Assembly: GCA_009914755.4 (NCBI GenBank)
Contig: CP068257.2
Coordinates: 6,272,001-6,336,000 of the forward strand
Reading direction: 5' to 3'
Length of the DNA: 64,000 bases
From: the human T2T-CHM13v2.0 reference genome, Homo sapiens
Under the pieces are notes generated by a model. That model did no database searches, had not been told where the DNA came from, and saw only the letters and a program-made list of their open reading frames with translations. Every line of letters begins with the position of its first letter. The stretch's first letter is position 1. Of this stretch, positions 1 to 16,000 are shown piece by piece. A program made the position numbers and the translations under genes.

Positions 1-3000
1 TAACTCTTGCCTAGGATCTGCTTACAGGTGGTATTGTGACATATCTCTGCACTGATCACCTAAGTGATGTAACAGTTGTGTAGGCTCTGCCTACAGGGGC
101 ACCTTGACATATCTCTGCACTGTTAACCGAGGTGATGTAACACTTGTCTAGGCTGTGCCCACAGGGGGATTGAGACATATCTCTGCAATGATCGCGAGGT
201 GATCGAAGTCTTGCGTGGTCTCTGCCTACTGGGGACATTGTGACATATCTCTGCACTGATCTCCCAGGTTCTGTAACTTTAATCTAGTCTCTGGCTACAA
301 GGCATTGTGACATATCACTGCACTGATCACCCAGATGATATAACTCTTGTCTAGGCTCTACCTACAGGGGGATTGTGACATATCTCTGCAATGATAACCC
401 AGATGATATAACTCTTCTCTAGGATCTGCCTACATGGTGATTTGTGACATATACCTGCAATGATCACCCAGGTGATATACCACTTGTCAAGGCTCTGCCT
501 AGAGGGGCATTGCAATGTATCTCTGCAGTGATCACCTAGGTCATGTAACTCCTGTCTAGGCTCTGCCTACAGTGGCATTGTGACATATCTCTGCACTGAT
601 CAACCAGGTGATGTAACTCTTTTCTAGGATCTGCCTACAGGGTGCTTTGTGACATATCCCTGCAATGATCACCCAGGTGATGTACCACTTGTCAAGACTC
701 AGCCTACAGAGACATTGTGATGTATCTCTGCACTGATCACCTAGGTCATGTAACTCTTTTCTAGGCTCTGCCTACCGTGGCATTTTGACATATCTTTGCA
801 CTGATCACCCAGGTGATGTAACAATTATCTAGGATCCGCCTAAAGGGACTTTGTGACATAACTCTGCACTGATCATCCAGGTGATGGAGCATTTGTCTAC
901 GATCTGCCTAAGGGGGCATTGTGACATATTTCTGCACTGATCACCCAGGTGACGGACTCTTGTCTTGGATCTGCCTATGGGGGCATTGTGACATACCTCT
1001 GCACTGATCACCCAGGTGATATAACTGCTGTATAAGCTGTGCCTACAGGGGAATTGTGAGAGATCTCGCCACTGATCACCCAAGTGATGAAACTATTGTC
1101 TAGGCTTTGCCTACAATGACATACCTTTGCACTGATAATCCAGGTGATGTAACTCATCTAAGTCCTGCCTACAGGAGCTTAGTGACATATCTCTGCACTG
1201 ATCACTTAGGTGATTTCACACTTTTATAAGCACTGCCTACAGGGAATTTTGACAAATCTCTGCACTGATCACCTAGGTGACGTAAACCTTGTCTGCCCAC
1301 TGCCCAAAGGGGGCACTGGGAAATATCTCTGCACTGATCACCCAGGTGATTCAACTCTTGTCTAGGTTCTGCCTACAAGGGGTAATGTGAAATATCTCTG
1401 CACTGATCAACTAGGTGATGTAACTCTTGTCTAGGCTCTGACTACAGGGTACATTGTGACATATCTCTGCACTGATCACCCAGGTGATGCAACTCTTCTC
1501 TATGCTGTGCCTACAGGGGACATTGTGACATATCTCTGAACTGATCACCCAGGTGATGCAACTCTTTTCTATGCTCTGCCTACAGGGGGCATTGTGATAT
1601 ATCGCTGCACTAATCACCCAGGTGATTCCACTCTTGTCTAGGATCTGCCTACAGGGGGTATTGTGAAATACCTCTGCACTGATCAACTTGGTGATGTAAC
1701 TCTTGTCTAGGCTCTGCCTGCAGGGGTGTTTTCACATATCCCTGAATTGATGACAAAGGTGATGTAACTCTTGTCTAGGCTCTGCCTATGGGGGCATTGT
1801 GACTTATCTCTGCACTGATCACGCAGGAGATGTGACACTTGTCTAAGCTCTGCCTAGAGGGACATTGGGACATGTCACTGCACTAATCTCTGAGGTGATG
1901 TAAAACTTGTCTAGGCTTTGCTTACAGTGGGATTTATGACATATCTCTGCACTGATCACCCAGGTGATGTAACTCTTGTCTAGGCTCTGCTTACAGGGGG
2001 TATTGTGAGATATATCTGCACTGATCACTCAGGCGATGTAACCCTGGTCTAGGCTCTGCCTACAGGGGCATTTTCACATATCACTGTACTGATCATGGAG
2101 ATAATGTAACTCTTGTATAGGCTTTGCCTACAGGGGACATTGAGACATATCTCTTCACTGATCACCGAGGTGATGTATCTCTTGTCTATGCTCTGCCTAC
2201 TGGAGACATTGTGATATATCTCCGCACTGATAACCCAGGTGATGTCACTTTTGTCAAGGATATGGCTACAGGCAGATTGTGACATGTCACTGCACTGATC
2301 ACATAGCTGATGTAACACTTGTCTAGGCTCTGGCAACACGGAGCTTGTGACACATCTATGCACTGATCACCCAGGTGATGTAAACCTTGTCTAGGCTCTG
2401 CCAAAAGGAGGCATTGTGACATAACTCTGCAATGATCACCCAGCTGATGGGACTCTTGTCCAGGCTCTGCCTACAGAGGCATTGTGACGTGTCTACTCAG
2501 TGATCACGCAGGTGATGTAACTCATGTCTATATCTGCCTACTGGCGGCATTGTGTCATATTTCTGCACTGATCACCCTGGTGATGGACTCTTGTCTTGGA
2601 TCTGCCTATGGGGGCATAGTGACATATCTCTGCACTGATCGCTCATGTGATGTAATGCTTGTCTAAGCTGTGCCTAAAAGGGAATTATGACAGATATCTC
2701 CACTGATAACCCAGGTGATGTAACAATTTTCTGGGATTTGTCTACACGGCCTTTGTGACATATATTTGCACTGATCACCCAGCAGATGTAACTCTTGTCT
2801 AGGATCGGCCTTCAGGGGCATTGTGACATATTTCTGTACTGATCAACCAGGTGATGTAACTCTTGTCTAGGCCCCGCCTACAGGGGGTATTGTGACGTAT
2901 CTCTGCACTGATCAGCCAGGTGATGTAATATTTATCTAGGATCTGCCTACAGGGGTGTTTGACATAGCTCTGCACAGATCACCTAGGTTATGTTACTCTT

Positions 3001-6000
3001 GTACACTCTCTGCTTACAGGGGGCATTGTGAAATATCTCTGCACTGATCACCCAGGTGATGTAACAGTTGTCTAGGCTCTGCTTACAGGGGGTATTGTGA
3101 GTTATCTCTGCGCTGATCACTAAGGTGATGGAAGTCTTCTCTAGGCTCTGTCTATGGGTGCATTGTGTCATATATCTGCATTGATCATCCAGGTGATGTA
3201 ACTCTTGTCTAGGCTCTGCCTACAGGGTCATTTTAACATATCACTGCACTGATCACCGAGATGATGTAACTCTTGTATAGGCTTCGCCGACAGGGGGCAT
3301 TGAGACATATCTCTGCACTGATCAAAGTGGTGATGCAACTCTTGTCTGGGATCTGCCTACAGGGGACATTGTGACATATCTCTGCACTGATCACCCTCGT
3401 GATGCAACTCTTCTCTATGCTCTGCCTACAGGAGACATTGTGAAATATATCTGCATTGATCACCCTGGTGAAGCAACTCTCCTCTATGCTCTGCCTACAG
3501 GGGGCATTGTGACATATCTCTGCACTGATCACCCTGGTTATGTAACTCTTGTCTAGGCTCTGCCTACGAGGGCATTGTGACTTATCTCTGCACTGATCAC
3601 CCAGGAGATGTAACTTTTGTCTAGGCTCTGCCTACTGGAGACATTGTGACATACCTCCACACAGATCACCCAGGTGATGTCACTTTTGTCAAGGATATGG
3701 CCACAGGGACATTGTGACATGTCACTACACTGATCACACAGCTGATGTAACACTTGTCTAGGCTCTGGCTACAGGGGGCTTGTGACACATCTCTGCACTG
3801 ATCATCCAGGTGATGTAACCCTTGTCTAGGCTCTTCCAAAAGGGGCACTGTGAAATAAATCTGCACTGATAACCCAGGTGATGGGACTCTTGTCTAGGCT
3901 CTGCCTACAGGGGCATTGTGACATATCTCTGCAGTGATCACGCAGGTGATGTAACTCTTTTCTATATCTGCCTACTGGCGGCATTGTGGCATATTTCTCC
4001 ACTGATCACCCGGGTGATGGACTCTTGTCTTGGATCTGCCTATGGGGGCATAGTGACGTATCTCTGCACTGATCAGTCATGTGGTGTAACGCTTCTCTAA
4101 CATGAGCCTAAAGGGGAATTGTGACAGACATCTCCACTGATCACCCAGGTGATGTAGCAATTTTCTCGGATTTGCCTACAGGGTGGTTTATGACATATCA
4201 TTGCACTGATCACCCAGGAGATGTAACTCTTGTCTAGGCTCTGCCTACAGGGGCTTTGAGACGTATTTCTGCACTGATCACCCAGGTTATATAACTCTTG
4301 TCTAGGCTTTGTCTACAGGGGGTTTTTGACATATCTCTGCACTGATCACCCAGGTGATATAACTCTTCCCTAGGATCTGCCTACAGGGTGCTTTGTGACA
4401 TATCCCTGCAATGATCACCTAGGTGATATATCACTTGCCAAGGCTCTGCCTACAGGGGCATTGCAATGTATCTCTGCACTGATCACCTAGGTCAGGTAAC
4501 TCTTGTCTAGGCTCTGCCTACAGTGGCATTGTGATATACCTCTACACTGATCACCCAGGTGATGTAACTCTTTTCCAAGATCTGCCTACAGGGTGCTTTG
4601 TGGCACATCCCTGAAATGATCACCCAGGTGATGTACCACTTGTCAAGGCTCTGCCTACTGGGAAATTGCGATGTATCTCTGCACTGATCACCTAGGTCTT
4701 GTAACTCTTGTCTAGGCTCTGCCTACAGTGGCATTGTGACATATCTCTGCACTGATCATCCAAGTGAAGTAACACTTGTCTAGGATCTGCCTAAAGGGAT
4801 TTTGTGATATAATTCTGCACTGATAATCCAGGTGATGGGGCCTTTGTCTAGGATCTGCTTAAGGGGGCATTGTGACAAATTTCTCCACTGATCACCCAGG
4901 TGACGGACTCTTCTCTTGGATCTGCCTATGGGGACACTGACACATCTCTGCTCTGATCACCCAGGTGATGTAACTGTTTTATAAGCTCTGCAGACAGGGG
5001 AATTGGAAGAGATCTCGCCACTGATCACCCAAGTGATGTAACTATTGTCTAGCCTTTGCCTACAGGGGGCTTTATGACATACCTTTGCACTGATCACCCA
5101 GGTGATGTATCTCATCTAAGTTCCGCCTACAGGAGCTTTGTGACATATCTCTGCACTGATCACTTAGGTGATGTAACACATTTCTAGGCACTGCCTACAG
5201 GGAAATTTGACAAGTCTCTGCAATGATCACCTAGGTGATGTAACTCTTTTCTACCCTCTGCCCAAAGTGGGCATTGTGAAATATCTCTGCACTGATCACC
5301 CAGGTGATTCAACTCTTGTCTAGGATCTGCCTACAGGGGGTATTGTGAAATATCTCTGCACTGATCAACTAGGTGATGTAACTCTTGTCTAGGCTCTGCC
5401 TACAAGGGCGTTTTCACATATCCCTGAACTGATGACACAGCTGATGTGAGTCTTGCCTATGCTTTGCCTACAGGGGACGTTGTGACATATCTCTGCACTG
5501 ATCACCCTCGTGATGCAACTCTTCTCTATGCTCTGCCTACAGGAGACATTGTGAAATATATCTGCATTGATCACCCTGGTGATGCAACTCTCCTCTATGC
5601 TCTGCCTACAGGGGCATTGTGACATATCTCTGCACTGATCACCCTGGTTATGTAACTCTTGTCTAGGCTCTGCCTACGGGGGCATTGTGACTTATCTCTG
5701 CACTGATCACCCAGGAGATGTAACTTTTGTCTAGGCTCTGCCTACTGGAGACATTGTGACATACCTCCACACAGATCACCCAGGTGATGTCACTTTTGTC
5801 AAAGATATGGCTACAGGGACATTGTGACATGTCACTGCACTGCATACACATCTGATGTAACAGTTGCCTAGGCTCTGGCTAACGGGGGCTTGTGACACAT
5901 CTCTGCACTGATCACCCATGTGATGTATCCCTTGTCAAGGCTCTGCCAAAAGGGGGCATTGTGACATAACTCTTCACTGATCACCCATGTGATGGGACTC

Positions 6001-7311
6001 TTGTCTAGGCTCTGCCTACAGGGACATTGTGACGTATCTCTGCAGTGATCACGCAGGTGATGTACCTCTTGTCTATATCTGCGTACTGGCGGCATTGTGG
6101 CATATTTCTGCATTGATCACACAGGTGATGGACTCTTTTCTTGGATCTGCCTATAGAGGCATAATTACATATCTCTGCACTGATCACTCATGTGATGTAA
6201 CGCTTGTCTAAGCTGCGCCTAAAGGGGAATTGTGACAGATATCTCCAGTGATCACCCAGGTGATGGAACAATTTTCTGGGATTTGTCTACAGGGGGTTTT
6301 GTGACATATCTTTGCACTGATCACCCAGGAGATGTAACTCTTGGTTAGGGTCTGCCTACAGGGGCTTTGTGACATATCTCTACACTGATCACCCATGTGA
6401 TGTAACTCTTTTCTAGGCTCCACCTAAAGGGGTTATTTTGACATATATCTGCACTGATCACCCAGGTGATGTAACTCTTGTCAAGGCTAAACCTACAGGG
6501 GGTATTGTGAAGTATCTCTTCCCTGATCACCCAGGTGATGTAACTCTTGTCTAGGCTCTGCCTGCAGGGGCTTTGTGACATATTTCTACACTGATCACCA
6601 AGGAGATGTAATTCTTGTTTAGGCTTTGCCTACTGGGTCTTAGTGATATATTTCTGTACTGATCACCCAGGTGATGTAACTGTTCTGTAGTTTCCACCTT
6701 GCAGAGTTATTTTGACGTATCTCTGCACTGATTACCCAGGTGATGTAACCCTTGTCTAAGCTCTGCCTACAGGGGCATTGTGACAGCTCTCTCCACTGCT
6801 CACCCAGGTGATGTAACAATTGTCTGGGCTTTGCCTACAGGGGGCTTTGTGATATACATTTCCACTGATCAAACAGGTGATGTAACCCTTGTCAAGGTTC
6901 TGCTTACAGGGGCTTTGTGACATATCTCTGCACTGATCATCCCAGGGAGGAAACATTTATCTACACTCTGCCTACAGGAGGTTTTAGTACTTACCCCTGC
7001 ACTGATCACTAGGTGATGTAACACTTGTCTAGGCTCTGTCTACACAGGAATTTTCACTTATCTCTACACTGATCACCTAAGTGATGTAAACCTTTTCTAG
7101 GTTCATCCTACTGGGGATTTCTCACATACCTATGCACTGATCACCGAGGTGATGTAAATCATTTCCAGGCTTTTTGTACAAGAGACATTGTGATATATCT
7201 CTGCACTGATCACCCAAATGATGCAAATCTTCTCTAGGCTCCGCAGGGAGGGGGAATTGTGACATATTTCTGAACTAATCATCCAGGAGATGTAACTGTT
7301 CTCCAGGCTTT
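1..7311. repeat. Beta-satellite (Sau3A-family) tandem array of 68-bp monomers. I call this orientation 'F': monomers read ...CTCTGCACTGATCACCCAGGTGATGTAACTCTTGTCTAGGCTCTGCCTACAGGGGCATTGTGACATAT... on the + strand.
   Basis: Direct reading of the sequence shows a 68-bp period (anchor motif at 47, 115, 183 ...). Each monomer carries GATC within TGATCACC. Monomers diverge by roughly 10-20%. The short six-frame ORFs here (MISAEICHN... types) recur every 204 bp, which is 3 x 68. Confidence 0.93.
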
Positions 7312-8016
7312 GACTAAAGAGAGTCGGAAGGTGTTCGGAAAGCCTCAGCCAGAATTTCACTGACGGACAGGGGCACAGAGAGGTCAGCGGGCTCCCTTGC
7401 ACGTCAGCCGGGGTGCACAATGAGCGCAGGTCTAGCCAGGAGGCCGGCAAAGAGAGTTAGAGGTTTGCGTTCCGCCACCAGTCGTTCCATGGTGGCAGCT
7501 GGGAGGCTGCTGGGGTACGGGCGGGCCGCTGACGGTATCGCGGGGGCGCAGAGTAGGCGAGCCGCCGGAGGGGTGTCAGGCCCGGACGCTGTGCGGGTCC
7601 GGTGTTTCACAGGACATGGGTCTCACCCAGCCCAGGGGAGGACGCATTTTCTGAGGGTTGGGGGTGGGGTGGGGTGGGGATCGTCAGGCGGGGGTGGGGT
7701 GGTGGAAAGGCATGAGAGCTCTGCCTGGGCTGTTCCCACAGCAAAGGCGGCTGCCCGCCTACCCGCACGTGCGCAGTAGGCGGCCCACTTGCTGGTACCT
7801 TGGCCGGCTCTGTGGTCCCCAGGATGCCTAGGAAAGAATAGCAGTTCTCCCCTTTGTGGAGCGTCTCACCGGGCCTAGACCTAGAAGGCAGGAATCTCAG
7901 GCCAGTCAGCCCGGTGGAGGTGGTGGGAGGAAGACACGCCCCTCCATAGCCAGCCAGTTGTTCCCCATTAAGCAGAGGCCACCGCCCTGCCCCGACCCGA
8001 CCCCGTCCCAACCCAG

Positions 8017-9460
<1,444 letters not shown>

Positions 9461-10087
9461 TCATGAATGGCGGTGAGCCCTGGGACAGCACGCCACATCC
9501 TGGAAGGGTACCAGGGCGCCGAGGCCTGTGGCCGGTGGCTGGTGAGGTGGGAGGGAGGGCGTGGTGATGGGGGTGGTGGGGCAGGAGATATGAAGAGGAA
9601 GGGGGCGAGGGGGAAGGGGTGAGGAGGGTGCGTTTTGGGAGCTGGCTCTTCGGACCTCTCAAGGAATCCCGTGGGAACTGGAAGCCACTCTCTGGGCTCC
9701 CACGCGTCTTCAGCAGGGAGAAGCCGGCCTGGGAGGGTGGAGGGGAGTGTGGAACTGAACCTCCGTGGGAGTCTTGAGTGTTCCAGGCCCTCTCCGTGAA
9801 GGAGGCAGTGCCTGTGGGTGTCGCTGTTGCCGGGACAATCTCACACACGCAGCCGTGTTGCTCTCATTCATTTTCACGTAGAAGACCAGAGCGAGAACCC
9901 AGAGAGAAGATGCCTCCCCGGCGTGATGGCCTGACATTGGATTCCCGTGTGCGGCAATATGGGGAGTCTGCAGTGTGGCCGGTTTGGAAACTGGCAAGGA
10001 GAGCAAAGGCACCATGCCAGTCTTCCACCCTTCCCTGCATGTTTCCGGGTGACCGCAGAGCTCCGGGAGCAAACATTCAGCATGAAA

Positions 10088-13000
10088 CATCTCTGAACTC
10101 ATCAACAAAGTGATGTAACAGTTGTCTAGGCTCTGCCTACAGGTGCTTTGTGACATATCTGTGCACTGATCACCCAGGTGATGGGACTTTTGTCTAGACT
10201 CTGCCTATGGGTGCATTGTGAGATATCTCTACACTGATCAACCAGGTGATGTAACTCTTGTGTTGGATCAGCCTATGGGGACATTGTGACATATTTCTGC
10301 ACTGATCACCCAGATGAAGGGACCCTTGTCTAGGCTCTGCGTATGGGGCTTTGTGACATATCTCTGCACTGATCACCCAGGCGAAGTAAAGCATGACTAG
10401 GCTCTGCCTACAGGGCATAGTGACATATCACTGCATTGATCACCAAGGTGATGTAACTCTTGTCCAAACTCTGCCTATAGGGGGCCTTGTGACATATCTC
10501 TGCACTGATCATCTTGGTGATGTAACTATTGCTTATGCTCTCCCTGCAGGGGCATTGTGAAATATCAGAGCACTGATCACCCAGGTGATGGGACTCTTCT
10601 CTAGGCTCTGCCTACTTGGGGCATTGTCACATATTTCTGCACTGATCAGCCAGGTGACAGGCTCTTGTCTAGGCTATGCCTACAGTGGCATTGTGACATA
10701 TCTCTGCACTGATCACCCAGGTGATGTAACTCTTTTCTAGGATCTGCGTACAGGGTGCTTTGTGACATATCCCTGCAATGATCACCCAGGTGATGTACCA
10801 CTTGTCAAGGTTCTGCCTACAGGGACATTGCGATGTATCTCTTCACTGATCACCTAGGTCATGTAACCCTTGTCTAGGCTCTGCCTACAGTGGCATTGTG
10901 ACATGTCTCTGTACTGATCATCCAAGTGATGTAACTCTTATCTAGGATCTGCCTAAAGGGACTTTGTGACATAACTCTGCACTGATCATCCAGGTGATGA
11001 GGCTTTTGTCTAGGCTCTGCCTAAGGGGGCATTGTGACATATTTCTGCACAGAGCAACCAGGTGATGGACTCTTGTCTTGGATCTGCCTATGGGGGCATT
11101 GTGACATATCTCTGCACTGATCACACAGGAGATGTAACTGTTGTATGAGCTCTGCCTACAGGGAAATTCTGAGAGATCTCTCTACTGAACACCCAAGTGT
11201 TGTAACTATTGTCTAGGCTTTGCCTACAGGGGACATTGTGACATATCTCTGCAATGATCACCCAGGTGATGCATCTCTTCTCTATGCTCTGCCTACAGGG
11301 GACATTGCGACATATCTTTGCACTGATCACCCAGGTGATGCAACTCTTCTCTATGCTCTGACTACAGGGGACATTGTGACACATCCCTGCACTGATCAGC
11401 CAGGTGATGCAACTCTTCTCTATGCTCTGCCTACAGGGGGAATTGTGACATATCTGTGCCCGGATCACCCAGGTGATGTAACTCTTTTCTAGTGTCTGCC
11501 TACAGAGGGCGTTGTGACATCACTCTGCACGGATCACCCGTGTTATGTAACTCTTGTCTAGGCTCTGCGTACAGGGACATTGTGACTTATCTCTGCACTG
11601 ATCACCCAGGAGATGTGACTCTTGTCTAAGCTCTGCCTAGAGGGACATTGGGACATATCTCTGCACTGATCGCTGGGGTGATGTAAAACTTGTCTAGGCT
11701 TTGCCTACAGTGGGTTTTATGACATATCTCTGCATTGGTCACCCAGGTGATGTAAGTCTTGTCTGGGCTCTGCTTACAGGGGTTATTGTGAGATATCTCT
11801 GCACTGATCACCCAGGTGATGTAACTCTTGTCTAGCCTCTCCCTACAGGGGCATTTTAACATATCACTGCACTGATCACCGAGGTGATGTAACTCTTATA
11901 TAGGCTTCGGCAACAGGGGTCATTGAGACATATCTCTGCACTGATCACCGAGGTGATGCAACTCTTGTCTGGGATCTGCTTACGTGGGGCATTTTGACAT
12001 ATCTCTGCCCTGATCACCCAGGTGATGTAACTCTTATCTAGGCTCTGCCTATTGGAGACATTGTGACATATCTCCGCACTGATCACCCACGTTATGTCAC
12101 TTTTGCCAAGGATATGGCTACAGGGACATTGTGACATGTCACTGCACTGATCACACAGCTGATGTAACTCTTGTCTAGGCTCTGGCTACAGGGGCTTTTG
12201 ACACATCTCTGCACTGATCACCCAGGAGATGTAACACTTGACTAGGCTTGGCCTACAGGGGATTTGTGACATATTTCTGCATTGATCACCCAGGTGATGT
12301 AACTCTTGCTTAGGCTCTGACTACAGGGGCTTTGTGACATATTTCTGTACTGATAACCCAGGTGATGTAACTCTTTTCTAGGCTCCACCTACAGGGGGTA
12401 TTGTGACATATCTCTGCACTGATCAACCAGGTGACGGATTGTTTTCTTGGATTTGCCTATGGGGGCATTGTGACATATATCTGCACTGATAACGCAGGTG
12501 ATGTAACACTGGTCTAAGCTCTGCCTAAAGGGGCATTGTGACAGGTCTCTGCTCTGATCACTCAGGTGATGTAACCATTTTCTAGGGTTTGCCTACAGAG
12601 GGCTTTGTGACATACCTTTGCACTGATCACTCAGGTGATGTAACACATCTACGTTTGCCGACAGGAGCTTTGTGCCATATCTCTGCACGGATCTCTTCGG
12701 TGATGTAACACTTTTATAAGCACTGCCTACAGGGAATTTTGACAAATCTCCCCACTGATCACCTTGGTGATGTAACTCTTTTCTAGGATCTGCCTACAGG
12801 GTGCTTTGTGACATATCTCTGCACTGATCACCCAGGTGATTCAACTCTTGTCTAGGATATGCCTACAGGGGGTATTCTGAAATATCTCTGCACTGATAAA
12901 CTAGGTAATGTAAGACTTGCCTAGGCTCTGCCTACAGGGGCTTTTTCACATATCCCTGAATTGATGACCAAGGTGATGTAACTCTTGCCTAGGCTTTGCC

Positions 13001-16000
13001 TACAGGGGACATTGTGACATAACTCTGCAGTTATCACCCAGGTGATGCAACTCTTCTCTATGCTCTGCCTACAGGGGACATGGTGACATATCTCTACACT
13101 GATCACCCAGGTGATGTACCTATTTTCTATTCTCTGCCTACAGAGGGCGTTGTGACATCACTCTGCACGGGTCACCCGGGTTATGTAACTCTTGTCTAGG
13201 ATCTGCCTATGGGAACACTGTGACTTATGTCTGCACTGATCACCCAGGAGATGTGACTCTTGTCTAAGCTCTGCCTATAGGCATATTGGGACATATCTCT
13301 GCACTGATCTCTGAGGTGACATAAAATTTGTCTAGGCTTTTCCTACAGTGGGATTTATGTCATATCTCTGCACTGATCACCCAGGTGATGTAACTCTTGT
13401 CTAGGCTCTGCCTACAGGGGCTATTGTGTGATATCCCTGCACTGATCACCCAGGTGATGTAACTCTTGTCTAGGCTCTGCCTACAGGGGCATTTTCACAT
13501 ATCACTGCACTGATCACAGAGATGATGTAACTCTTGTATAGGCTTCGACGACAGGGGCATTGAGACATATCTGTGCACTGATCACCGAGGTGATGCAACT
13601 CTTGTCTTGGATCTGCTTATAGGGGGCATTGTGACATATCTCTGCCCTGATCACCCAGGTGATGTAACTCTTGTCTAGGCTCTGCCTACTGGAGACATTG
13701 TGACATATCTCTGCACTGATCACCCAGGTGATGTCACTTTTGTCAAGGATATGGCTACAGGGACATTGTGACATGTAAATGCACGATCACACATCTCATG
13801 TAACTCTTGTCTAGGCTCTGGCTAGAGGTGGCTTGTGACACATCTTTGCACTGATCACCCATGTGAAGTAACTATTGTTTAGGCTCTGCTTAAAGGGACC
13901 TTGTCGCATATCTCTGCACTTATCACCCAGGTGATGTAACACTTGTTTAGGCTCTGCTTACAGAAGGTATTGTGACATATCTCTGCACTGATCACCTAAG
14001 TGTTGTAACAATTGTGTAGGCTCTGACTACAAGGGTATTTTGAAATATCCCTGCACTGTTAACCGAGGTGATGTAACTCTTGTATAGGCTGTGCCCACAG
14101 GGGAATTGAGACATAACTCTGTACTGATCACGAGGTGATCCAACTCTTGCCTGGTCTCTGCCTACTGGGGACATCGTGACATATCTCTGCACTGATCTCC
14201 CAGGTGCTGTAACTTTAATCTCGGCTCTGGCTACACGGCATTGTGACATATCACTGCACTGATCACCCAGATTATATAACTCTTGTCTAGGCTCTGCCTA
14301 CAGGGGGCTTGTGACATATCTCTGCACTGATCACCCAAGTGATATAACAATTCTCCAGGATTTGCCTACAGGGTGCTGTTTGACATATCCCTGCAATGAT
14401 CTCCCAGGTGATATACCACTTATCAAGGCTCTGCCTACAGGGGCATTGCCATGTATCTCTGCACTGATCACCTAGGTCATGTAACTCTTGTCTAGGCTCT
14501 GCCTACAGTGGCATTGTGACATATCTCTTCACTGATCACTCAGGTGATGTAACTCTTTACTAGGATCTGCCTAAATGGTGCTTTGTGACATCTCACTGCA
14601 ATGATCACCCAGGTGATGTACCACTTGTCAAGGCTCAGCCTACAGGGACATTGCGATGTATCTCTGCACGGATCACCTAGGTCATGTGAAACTTGTCTAG
14701 GCTCTGCCTACAGTGGTATTGTGGCATATCTCTGCACTGATCATCCAAGTGATATAACTCTTGTCTAGGATCTGCCTAAAGGGACTTTGTGACATAACTC
14801 TGCACTAATCATCCAGGTGATGGGGCTCTTGTCTAAGCTCTGCCTAAGGGGGCATTGTGACATATTACTGCACTGATCACCCAGGTGACGGACTATTGTC
14901 TTGAATCTGCCTATGGAGGCATCATGACGTATCTCTGCACTGATCACCCATGTGATGTAACTGTTGTATATGCTTCGCCTACAGGGGAATTGTGAGAGAT
15001 CTCGCCACTGTTCACGCAAGTGATGTAACTATTGTCTAGGCTTTGCCTACAGAAGTCTTTGTGACATACCTTTGCACTGTTAACCCAGATAGTGTAACTC
15101 AACTAAGTTCTGCCTTCAGGAGCTTTGTGACATATCTCTGCACTGATCACTTAGGTGATGTAACACTTTTATAAGCACTGCCTACAGGGAATTTTGACGA
15201 ATCTCTGCACTGATCACCTAGGTGAAGTAACTCTTGTCTACCCTCTGCCCAAAGGGGGCATTGTGAAATATTTCTCCACTGATCACCCAGGTGATTCAAC
15301 TCTTTTCTAGGATCTGCCTACAGGGGGTATTGTGAAATATCTCTGCACTGCAAAACTAGGTGATGTAACACTTGTCTAGGCTCTGCCTACATGGGCGTTT
15401 TCACATATCCCTGAACTGATGACAAAGGTGATGTAACTCTTGCCTAGCCTTTACCCACAGGGGACGTTGTGACATATCTCTGCACTGATCACCCAGGTGA
15501 TGTAACTCTTCTCTATGCTCTGTCTACAGGGCAGATTGTGACATAACTCTGCACTGATCACCCAGGTGATGCAACTCTTCTCTATGCAGTGCCTACAGGG
15601 GGTATTGTGACATACCTCTGCACTGATAACCCAGGTGATGTAACCCTTTTCTACTCTCTGCCTACTGAGGGCATTGTGACAACACTCTGCACGGAATACC
15701 CGTGTTATGTAACTCTTGTCTAGGCCCTGCCTATGGGGGCACTGTGGCTTATCTCTGCACTGATCACCCAGGAGATGTGACACTTTTCTAAGCTCTGCCT
15801 GGAGGGACATTGGGACATTTCTCTGCACTGATCGCTGAGGTGATGCAAAACTTGTCTAGGCTTTGCGTACAGTGGGTTTTATGACATATCTCTGCACTGA
15901 TCACCCAGGTGATGTAACTCTTGTCTAGGCTCTGCTTACAGAGGGTATTGTGAGATATCTCTGCACTGATCACCCAGGGGATGTAACTCTTGTCTAGGCT

